Position numbers and translations under genes: made by a program. A model generated the notes under the pieces. That model searched no databases and was not told where the DNA came from. It saw nothing but the letters and a program-made list of their open reading frames with translations. A stretch of 64,000 nt of DNA. Source: Leptogorgia sarmentosa (taxonomy: Eukaryota). Positions 1 to 9,964 of this stretch are shown here, one piece after another (within the stretch, counting starts at the first letter, position 1; each line of letters starts with the position of its first letter). The stretch lies in NCBI GenBank assembly GCA_964658305.1, contig OZ210885.1, positions 23,498,001 to 23,562,000 of the forward strand. The letters run 5' to 3'.

Positions 1-210
1 AAAAGATTTCTTTCACTGCATTCGTCATTTTGATGACTTCACTTTTTGTGACGTCATTTTCTCACTGAATATCGCAATTTCAGCTTTGGTAACAAGCATT
101 TTCGTATTCAGCAGATAAAAGTACTTCAGAAAGTGCTTGTTACCAACTTTTACTAAGAAATGCCTTCAGATTTTTTTTCAAGCGCCTTATTTGAAATTTC
201 GACTAGTCTA
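1..210. mobile_element. Terminus of a probable Academ-like DNA transposon extending left out of the window
   Basis: Ends ...GAAATTTCGACTAGTCTA (rc TAGACTAGTCGAAATTTC), resembling the Academ end at 44776 (rc TAGAACTGAGAAATTTT). Both have a subterminal GCTGAAT(A/C)CGAA motif. Confidence 0.45.
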
Positions 211-1196
211 AAATTAATTCATGTATTAAATGCCATTTAAATCGCACAATAATTTAATTACATATCTGTTTATATAATAAATATATCAACACTGACAACA
301 CAATCACATCGATCCTTCCATTTCATTCGAATATAAAATATTAATTTCCAATGATTTCATAATATAGTTTCATCTTGTGTATAACTCAGAAAGACAATCA
401 TAAATATTAAAATATGCTAAATTTGAAGTGCTAACCTTAGAGCAATCAGATCAGCAACACTTCTCTTGACGGAATCAGGGATGAAATTTTCTGCATTAAT
501 ATTTCGAAAAATATCAACTCCAACACGCTGTAGTATATTAGCATTCGTACACATTGTGCGAGATAACATTGACGCTGACATTTCATTGTAAATACGACGC
601 AAAGTTACTTCATCTTTGCTAGATAAAGCACTTTTTATGCGGTCTTGTATTAAAGACGCCATACTAACTATGAAATGATTGCACTCAATTGCGCAAGTGG
701 TGCAAGCAAGCCACTCTGCAAGCTAGCTAAGCGCGCATTTTGTCCGCAGGATTTGCACACAAAACCGCATTGAAATGCTGCAAAAACGAAGGCTCAATAC
801 CATGCGCAATGACGTAAATCGTGATTTTGACCAATCAGAAGTCAAAATCGCGCTTACCCAAGCCTGCATGTTAGTCGCAAACTCGCTGGCGCGACTTACT
901 TTGCGGGCAGCGCTTGAACTCGTTGTTAGGTTACATGATTTGTTTATAGTTCGCGTTCTCCGTTTGACCTTTGACTTGTGTCATGGAACATGATACTTCA
1001 TTTAAATAAAATTTAAATACGAAGTTTAAAAGACGGAAATCGTTCATTTTGCAATTAATATTTCGAAAATATTTGATTATATTTGGCAAATTAATCATTA
1101 AAAAATTATTTAAGAAATATTGCAATAAATCAATAATCCTCTGGATTTTTTTACTACGTCCTGCGACGTAGAAGACGTAGTCTGGATCCGCCCCTG
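211..1196. mobile_element. Right end of a hAT-type non-autonomous element (left end not seen)
   Basis: CTGGATCCGCCCCTG at 1182-1196 is the rc of the hAT-type TIR CAGGGGCGGATCCAG (same start at 33285). Subterminal ACTACGTC/GACGTAG motifs. It truncates the IS3EU gene in an intron. Confidence 0.55.
417..662 (-). CDS. Hypothetical 81-aa ORF, no recognised domain
   Basis: Uninterrupted ATG..TAG ORF in AT-rich DNA, downstream of a CpG-richer tract with a CCAAT box (about 690-960). Confidence 0.25.
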   Translation of the reverse strand: MASLIQDRIKSALSSKDEVTLRRIYNEMSASMLSRTMCTNANILQRVGVDIFRNINAENFIPDSVKRSVADLIALRLALQI

Positions 1197-1636
1197 GGAT
1201 AAACACTACCTTTTATATTAAAAATTGCAGTATGCTATTTCTTACTGATCAGTGTTGTCATTTGGGTCATAGTGACCTTGTTCCAGCAGCATTTGAAGCT
1301 TTCTTTTGAAATATTTCTCAAGTCTACTGTGCAATTCATGCCACCACCTTTCAATCTGGAAGTAATGATTAATGTAAAGTACTCCATTTGGAATCAATAA
1401 ATTATGCAATATTACTCAAGTTAAAGGCTGCTACATGAAATATTCGACAAGGGCATTCCTGTCTTTTAATAATTACCTTGTTGCTTGTAGATGGACAATA
1501 ATGAACTGTATTTTCAGGCATGAATGGTGGCTATGTCCTTTGTTTCGGTGCCTTTGTCAAGACGAAGATGTTGGCTAATGACTAAAAACAATCATACATA
1601 ACTAACTTAAAAATATTTCATTTTAGGCATATACAT

Positions 1637-3216
1637 TAGTTGACCTGCATCTAAGGACGAAAGCGGACTTATATTCATTTATGCAAGGTTTCATTCGTAA
1701 AGATCTAAGATGTGATTGGTTATGTTAGTGAATATATGCTAATGCGACCTAAACATTCTAAACGCGACTTAAGGCAACTTATGTATGCAGATTATTTAAT
1801 CGTTTTGATATGGAAGAGGATCCAATTACTGTTAACGTCTGCAAATTGTATAACCACATTCAGGATGCCTCATCCGATATACTAAATTTATATAGTATAA
1901 AATGTACAAGCCAGCTGGCAAGTGAAGTATCTCTCCATCTCCAATTATTGTGACAGAGGAATCCACACTGAATAAACACGATTCTGCCATTATTGTCCAT
2001 AACAATTTGTCTGGAAAAATTGTGATATCTGCAGTGCCCACTAGAGAACTGCTGCTGTGGTTCCGTTTGAGGTCGTTGTATCCTGTGTCTGGTCCATCAA
2101 TTGCCGCTATTCCGCCAGGGGAAACTAAGTTTCTAAAGTAAGTCCACAGCATTGGTAGAACAAAACGGACTGCTCTGTCTGTCGTGGTTGGACTCACCAT
2201 GCACAATGCACTTAACACTGCAATTTCTCGATACATTCATAAGCAGATAACCAAAAGTATGCGGCCGATTGATCTCATTCAATTTGAATGTACTATTCCG
2301 GACTCTGGGTTGGCTTTGCCTGGTGTACAGGGACATTACAGGGCCAACATCTTGGACTATTTCTCTAAAGGGTTGCACACTTTCGGCTGTCGGACTCCAG
2401 AACAGATGTTCACATTTTCCCAATTCGCTGAATACATCTCTTGCCGGGAAGACTCTGGAAAAAATATTAATGTATATGGGTATGGATTGTAAACAAAATT
2501 TGAAAGATATTATTAACAAATAGTTACAACACGTTCTCAGCTATAACTCAATCTAAATATTTGAAGCCTAAGTGCTTTGATGATCTTGTCATTGTGTTTT
2601 TTTGTGCATTAATCAATTCGATCTGCCAACTAACACAATTTATGGCTAATTTGAATATGAGAACTCCTGTTTTGAAAAATTTTCTTTGCTTAAGTAAAGT
2701 TTTCCTTCACTTTTGAAAATATCTGGAATGCAACTATGACGATGTCTACGACCTTTTTCAAATATTATTACTCGGTATAACCATATGGTACAACAGACAT
2801 ATGAACGTAGCTATCATACACATGGTTCAGGCCTAGTTTATACGTCGCTGTTATGTCCGCCAAACTTGCATTGTGTAAAATGCAATTCAAACAAGGATAA
2901 TAAGAATAAGACACCTCATTTATACCATTCTTTGACGCTATAAAGTTCGTCATAACAGCGAGATATAAATTATATAGTTCTTATCCAGAATTCGTTCCGT
3001 TTCGCCTTTGCCGCGACGAAACTTTGTCATAACAGTGAGGCCTTATCCACAATGCGTCCAGTTCCTCACAACCAATAGCAACCAAGAATTTGACCAAAGA
3101 ATGCAAATTCAGAAGTGGCAACCAATAAGAATCAGCAATTTTCCTTATGCTTTCGTCTCGATAATGATATTAATTCGGTTATAAGTCCGCTTTTGTCCTT
3201 AGATGCAGGTCAACTA
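1637..3216. mobile_element. Unclassified TIR element (about 1.58 kb) in an IS3EU intron
   Basis: About 36-bp inverted repeats TAGTTGACCTGCATCTAAGGAC(G/A)AAAGCGGACTTATA at 1637.. and ..3216. Flanks allow a 2-bp AT (or TA) TSD. Confidence 0.8.
1810..2523 (+). pseudogene. Degraded ORF of unknown function inside the TIR element
   Basis: Consecutive open stretches 1810-, 1950-2141, 2184- and 2269-2523 can be joined by one stop and frameshifts into about 230 aa of protein-like sequence. No motif recognised. Confidence 0.35.
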
Positions 3217-3583
3217 ATAGGACATGAAGGATAGTAATGTTTTACCACTCAAATACTGCAGGAAAATGTTGGGAAGTTAGGCAAGTTAGATCTATGAAAA
3301 AATGATGAAAAAAAGATGTACAGATGTATGATATAAACAAACCTTTCTTCTCATATAGGTATTCTAAATACCATCGACCCACAAGCTTCGGATTTGAATT
3401 GGAAGTTCAAACTTTAAGGAACATAAAGATAACCGTTATACGCTATGTGCTAATAAATAATCTGCAACAAGGCCTGTGAAATACTCAGCTTACCAGGGAA
3501 GTAAAAGTTCCGACTGGACCCTTTTTTCTCTTTTCTTTTCCGATTGTTTTACGTCTTCATCATCAAGAGTCATTACATCATAT

Positions 3584-5630
3584 AGACCACTTGCAGTGAC
3601 GTCACAATTTCGTTAGCAACACGTAACTAAGGTGCATCTGGAGGACAAGCACATGTGTCAATATGGCGGCTCGCTTACGAAGTTGTTAAAGTAGAGCAGT
3701 TAAAATGGCGAAAAAGGGGTTTTTACCCGGTTATAAAGAATCGATTGAAGATACAAAAGCTCGAGAAAGATATAGTCAAAAGCTGACATACATAAATAAC
3801 GTTGATCCTTACGAAATTCCAAAAGATCAGTGGCTGGATGACGTGGAGTTGTGTAAATAATGTTATATATTCATAATTTAAATTTTTAGATAAATTATAT
3901 ACAACCATAAATATTCTGTACATCAATTAGATAATAAATATTATTCACAATAGTATGTCAATTACAACTAATCAAAACATACAACTGAATCGCATAAATT
4001 TGCCAGTGCACAGCAGCAAGTTACCATTTTGTCTAATGTTGTTACTTTTTCATTTTTACTCATGACAAAATTGATTGGCTGTGTTGAATTTAGAATAGCA
4101 TATTTCTTTCTTATGTTCCCAATAACACGTTCCACATGGATACGAATATTTGCAATTCTTCTTGTCTGCTCAACTTCTATGCCACTTAATTGCCGCTTTC
4201 CTTTTGTAAATGCAGGAATCTTTACCGTTGCACAGTACAAACCAATGGATTCTTGAATATCGAAGCCCCTATCTGCAAGGATAACATCACCTGGAATTAA
4301 CTTGTTAAGCAGGCCACTGCATTCTGTCAGATGTTTGTCCCTTACTCTTCCTCCCCAACCATCAGATATAAAACTGACAGTCCCTTGTGGTGTTATGCCA
4401 ATTAAGTATTTAACTGTGTTGTGGTGCTTATATGAGGAATATGTTTGTGCACGAGCAAGAACATTTTCTGCCCTCTCCAAAAATATCTCAAAACACATTT
4501 GGGGCAATGTTTTCTGAAATCCATGGGAATGGTCTTCCTTAATGCTTCTCTGTCAGGCCATATGATAAGTGGTGACATGCGAATATAAAGTATGTTCAAA
4601 ACATTCAAGAAAACTTTTGAAACTGTTGTCTCATGGATGCCAAATCTGTAGCCCAAATCCTTTCCACACAGGTCCAACCTTAATCACATCAGTGTCAAGA
4701 GGAGTTGCTGGAATGGAGTGAGGCAACTCTTTGCTGAATGTGAAAGGAAGTTCTTGATGAGGTCGAACACTGTTAGAAGGACCAACCAGTTTGGTAAACC
4801 AGTATAAAATAAAACTTTTTCATCATCATCTTTTAACCAGGCTTCATTTAGACTGTTACCTTGGAGTTTCTGTTTTAAACCAAGGTTTTCGTGTAACAGT
4901 CTGCAGAACTAGCATGCACAGGGTAATTGTCAGTCTGTGGCTGTTGACAGTGTTCTCCTTGTTGTGAGTCTTGTAGGCTAAGCAGGGCAGCAACCACATT
5001 GTTCTTTTCTAACTTTTCTTGCCTTGCAGCAAGCCTCACACCACATTCTTCGTCAACTTTCTTTATTGAATTGTGGCCAAGATTTTTACTGGGAGCCCAG
5101 TCTATGTTTTCTTTGTCAGAAAGAGGGGCTGGTTTACCTGAGTGAGTAGAGAACAGAGATCAACGACAACAAATAACAATCACAATGGTGGCAAAATTTA
5201 CATATATTTATTATTCAATCGCGGGACGCAGCATATGTTATTAGGTCACTAACTAAACTACAGTATTAATACACTTTAACTACAGTTTAGTTGTAGCTTA
5301 CCTGACAAAAAGTGGGAACTACAAACTCTGGTGTGAGGAAATTTATCTGTCGTAAGGTCCAGTCGTCGAATTCTGTTCAGCCACACTGCCCATCGTTCCT
5401 GCATGATTTTCTTAGTTTCTTCGCCAGCATTGGACTTGATAGCGGGCAGTCGGAAGAAACTACATTCACTATTCCTATTCGATCGATTGGAACAACCATA
5501 AACCGCACAAAAGTTAACCATTTTAACAAGAATATATACGAAATGTACGTTGTGCGCCTGTGAACTGGAGGTTTGTTTGTCCTCCAGATGGTTTTATCAC
5601 ATGATCAGTGACGTCAAGTGCAAGTGGTCC
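3584..5630 (-). mobile_element. ISL2EU (PIF/Harbinger-related) element, internally deleted
   Basis: TIRs (A/G)GACCACTTGCA..TGACGTCAC with an AT TSD (3582-83 and 5631-32). THAP + DDE transposase on minus. N-terminal stub of a convergent second ORF on plus (3700-3850, RERYSQKL..DPYE..W). Confidence 0.85.
3968..5521 (-). pseudogene. THAP-domain Harbinger/ISL2EU DDE transposase (frameshifted)
   Basis: THAP MVNFCAVYGCSNR..RVCSSHF (5276-5521), HTH region (4402-4800), DDE_Tnp_4 motifs [18 protein letters not shown] and RIHVERVIG. Confidence 0.9.
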
Positions 5631-6574
5631 ATACAACTCCTCTAGGAACGGCTAAGCCATGCTTTTCGCGTATCTGCTTGTGCATTGCACGGTAGCCAAG
5701 CAGTTGACCGGGCCCACTGTATTCCTCTTGAAATGCAGCTCTCACTTGCTCTACGGTCGTGGTGTAGTCGGTGTACTTTATATTGAAATACTTCATTCGG
5801 TGGCTCAAGCTTGCAAGGCTCCAAGAATAATCGGAAAAGTCTCTATTTAAGAAATCTAAAATTTCACAGCGTTTAAAATTTTGTAATACCAAACACTTCA
5901 TGGTTTCTTCAAGTTCCCTATCGGATTTCCAGTCAGTGTTTCTAAAATATTCTTTATTGACCTCCTCTGCGGGAAGAAGCGCGCCAGTTCCCGCCAGGTC
6001 TTCCAGCCATTGATCTTCTGCGCAAATTCTCATGGTATACGAATGAGAACGCTGGGTCGCTCACAACATTTTAAAATGAAATTTGAAATTCGAAGTTCAA
6101 ATTGTTTTGTCAATTTTTTTTCTATTTAATTTTTTGTTTTTTTAATTTAAATTTTTTCTTTAACTTGAATTCATTTTTTAATTTTTCAATTTCTAGTTTT
6201 CTTTTTTTTTTGAATTTTTTACCATTTTATTTAATATTTCAAAAAAAATGAATGATAACGCTGGGCCACCATACTGATGCATACATAATACACATACGGT
6301 GTAATATACTACATATTCTTCCAATTTAAGCTATTTATAGCAACTAAATCAGTACTTCACTTCAGTCTTTAATTGTCCCTTTTTTTCTATAACAATTTGC
6401 ATTTGCTTATTCATTGATAATATGTTGTTATACATAATCATAATATATAATAATAATAATGTGTTATTATCACTACTTAGTGCTTGAGAATAATGTACAT
6501 TTGATTTATATGAATTGATGCTAAGAGAAATTAAATCTGAGTCTTAAGACTATCTTGGATAAAAATGATGTAAA

Positions 6575-6598
6575 CCCCCCCTCCCCCCCCCCCCCCCC
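6575..6598. repeat. Poly-C tract
   Basis: About 24-nt C run with one T. Confidence 0.9.
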
Positions 6599-6844
6599 AG
6601 CAAGATTGTAGGTAGCTGTCACCAGGCATAGTTTGAAGTTGGAACACAAAGCCAAGAATGGTTTTGTTTGAAATAAACGTTAACAATTATTGTAGTTGGA
6701 ACACACCACCCTACTTTTCAGGTAACCTTGCCGGTGGTCAGTTTTGGGCAAACCAACAAGGGTGTCTTGGATCATATTTGGAATCTATATTAAATTCAGG
6801 GAGGATTGTTTGTTTTGAGGATTGGTGGAGGAAATGCAGTCATC

Positions 6845-7362
6845 AATGAGCTGTTCACCTTTTCATCGCCGCACATAAACCCTTCAATTAGTGCCAGAAA
6901 GTTCAAACTTCGATTCGTCAGTCCATAATACCTATTCCAATCTTTATGTTGCTTTGCAAATCGTAACCGTTTTATTCGGTTCTGTTGTCTAAGTAATGGC
7001 TTCTTAACAGCTACCCTGTTAACTAATCCTTGTTCGCGTAAGTATTGCCGTGTTGTTGATGCAGCAATGGTCGTCCCTTGAGGTAATTGTTGATTGATCT
7101 TGTCACAGAGTTCGAAGACTTTTTACGATCTCTGAGACTAAGCAGCTTAAGTGCATGGACATCCCTTTTTGATAGTTTTCTTTTGCGTCCAATCCTAGGG
7201 CGATTTGCACACGATTTAGTGGTTTTGATTTTCTTCAAAGTGTAGTTTATGGTGCACAACGAACATTTTAAGTCGCCAGCAATCTTTCTGTATGACTAAC
7301 CTGCATCATAAAGTGCTATTATTCTTGATCTTTGTAAGGTCAAGTCTGGTGTACGCGCTCAA
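6845..7362 (-). pseudogene. Tc1-family transposase N-terminal fragment
   Basis: IIALYDAG*SYRKIAGDLKCS (HTH), RPRIGRKRKLS, KKPLL..NRIKRLRFA, WNRVLWTDESKFEL (first catalytic D). Confidence 0.85.
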
Positions 7363-7442
7363 TTATTTATACCAGAACATTTTATCACGGATGACTGAAT
7401 ATCATGTGTACGTAAATTTGCATGGCATACATATTCAAATAT

Positions 7443-7670
7443 GGGAAAATGTCTTCCAACAGCAGCAGGTGACACGATTAATAATAAGAAAAATGTTCAA
7501 GTTAAATCTTGTCCAACAACAGCAGATGACACGATTAATAATGAGAAAAATGTTCAAGGTAAATCTTGTCCAAGTCCAACAGCAGCAGATGGCATGGCAC
7601 GACTAATAATGAGAAAAATGTTCAAGGGAAAATGTCTTCCAACAGCAGCAGGTAACACGATTAATAATGA
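7443..7670. repeat. Minisatellite, about 57-68-bp unit, about 3.7 copies
   Basis: Repeated CCAACAGCAGCAG(G/A)TGACACGATTAATAAT(A/G)AGAAAAATGTTCAAG. Confidence 0.85.
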
Positions 7671-7794
7671 CAGCAAGGATTTTCACAGCTACTGAAATAT
7701 TTGGAAAGGCGATCTCATCTATATGCGTTAGGGTGTCAGCTACTGAATCACACTTGGCGTTTACAATCTCCTTCTTCCAATTTGTTTCCCACAT
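7671..7794 (-). pseudogene. hAT transposase C-terminal fragment (THAP12/PRKRIR-like)
   Basis: WETNWKK..SVADTL..FPNISVAVKILA, which precedes the hAT dimerisation motif. Confidence 0.6.
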
Positions 7795-8454
7795 CAGGGG
7801 CGGATTTAAGGGTGGTGGATTGGGTGGCTAGCCACCCTCCTCTTTGGTCTAGAAAAATATTAATAAATGACGCTAAATATTGATGTGCCTTCGTTGAGAG
7901 CTGGTCTGGGGTTACCTCATCGCTGCAGAAAATAAACATGGCAGATGAAACATGCAGATTGCTGTCAGTTTGATTTGCATAATCAGCTAACCAACTCGAT
8001 GAAACTTCGACAGAACACTTTGGACACTTTTGTTAAGAGACATGTTCAACAAGGAGAAAGCTCAAATGAACGGACAACTTCGATTGAACGTAAACCAGAG
8101 CACGATCGTGACAAATCTTTTGATTCAGACCCAACAGCAATAACTGCTCAAGCTGATAATCGTACTGTTAGTCACGGAAAGGAAGTTGACCAGAACATCT
8201 CGATGTTTGTCGTGCCCTATGACATAAGTGAAATCCTTATCTCTCAGAAAACATTAAGTGACGCCGATAAGATACAATTTCTCGACAAATACTGGCAACC
8301 ACAAGCATCCGATGCTCAGCACCTTGATAAGCGACAGTTTGGACCTAAGAAGACCATAAACTTTCAAGTTAAATGGCTAGATCAACGCAAATGGCTTGCT
8401 TATAGTACACACGACGAATTTTGAGGAGGTTGGTGTTTGCCATGCCTTCTGTTC
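7795..8454 (+). mobile_element. hAT element 5' end with N-terminal transposase (TTF-type zinc finger), cut at TTAA
   Basis: TIR CAGGGGCGGATTTAAGG with subterminal GGGTGGCTAGCCACCC. ORF 7945-8424 continues FQVKWLDQRKWLAYS..*GGWCLPCLLF. Confidence 0.75.
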
Positions 8455-9964
8455 TTAAGAGGCTGTCTCTGTAAGAACCGACCGTTGGTTTTCAAATTGA
8501 AATCAACCATGTCCTATATTTCTGTCATTTGTTAGACTTAATAAGAACGACATGTAATCATACTGAGAATTTTCCCACTCATGTGTATTTCTGAGATTTT
8601 TATGATTTTGACCTTACGCCAAACAATGGCGCTTTTTACGCTTTAGTCGGTGCGTAAATGACACTTTTATGTTGCCCTGTTGCACTGATGTGTGAGAGAT
8701 TTTCTGAATTATTTTCATATATTTTTAAAATTCAATGATTCAACTTCACGTTACTGATTTTGTTTGGTTCGAATCGCATTTAATTTATAATATAATCATA
8801 GTAAACTTCGGAGCTATTTCCAATGATCAGCTGTGCTGTTAAAATTAGCTTATTATGAAATCGTTTTTTCCAAAAGTGGCACCACTTACAAACTCTGCCT
8901 CTGAATAGCTTTGAAGTACAAGTGGTGTACTATATTCCCATGGAAAAACATTAACACCAATGTAATCACAGTATAATAATTGTTGATAAAAAGATATATG
9001 TACATAAATGAATGAAGAAAACCTGCATGGTGTCTTAGTATAATACTGCACCAATTAGCCATTTCAGAATCTTGGAAGTTTTCCTAAGGTTTTTTAATTT
9101 CTAAAGTTCTTCGTGAACCATGAAATGGAAAAATTATAATTACGGCATCTTTTAATATTGAGCTCGTTCATGATCACTCGTTGTCCCTCCAAACATCAAC
9201 TAGACCCAGTCGTTTGCTCGATTGAGAAATGGCTAATTGAAGTCATTTCTAACTATTTTCACATATTTAGATCTTACACGTGACAGTCACAGGGTCTGAT
9301 GGGAGGATGGCCAGCTTCCATTTGATCATACACCATTCGTTCAAGTGAATCATAGGGTCTATTATTGCCATCATGGGTAGATAGGCATTTAAGTGATAAG
9401 AAAAAGAACAAAACGGTAATAGCAAAATAGTTGATTAAGTTCTACTGGTTTCCTTCCTTCTTGTGACTTTTGTTTACAAAGGTGTATTTCTTACAGTCAA
9501 ATTCTTGTGACCGTTTGTTTAAAAAGAACCGAAATATGGTTCAAAGAACGCCTTTTAGATTGCAGAGAAAACGGTATGGCGACAAAAAACGATGTTGAAA
9601 AAACTGAGAGAGTGTGTAAAAAACGGTGGCAATGCCAATGGACAACAGTGGATCCATATCCAGTTACCTTGCCTTTCTGAGCACAAGACTCACCCAATAG
9701 GAGACGTAAGGATGGAAAATCATTTACATTTACATTCATTTCAGATTCAGTTGTATGTCATTGTTCTGCAATATTTTCTTATGTTTTTGTCAATACTGTT
9801 CAATATATAGGATGGCGGTCTTCATCAGGGTATCGATAAGATGCTTGTCACCAAGATCCAAGAACTGGTCATTGCTGGGGCTCGTTCGGTCAAGGAAGTG
9901 AGGAGGCATCTTAAAATATATGTAGAACAAGACGTTTTCCTAGGAACAAAGGCACCCCCCAGAT

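Larger units (their letters stand above)
1246..6273 (-). mobile_element. IS3EU-type DNA transposon: 5' end plus disrupted spliced transposase
   Basis: 5' terminus TATGGTGGCCCAGCG ending at 6273, with a T-rich subterminal tract bounded by GAATGA(G/T)AACGCTGGG repeats. Exon pieces: 6033-5631 (GPGQLLGYRAMHKQIR), 3583-3495 (YDVM..GTFTSL), about 3430-3343 (SNSNPKLVGRWYLEYL), 1581-1477 (LRLDKGTET..PSTSN) and 1355-1246 (IERWWHELHSRLEKYFK), with GT-AG junctions. Confidence 0.8.
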
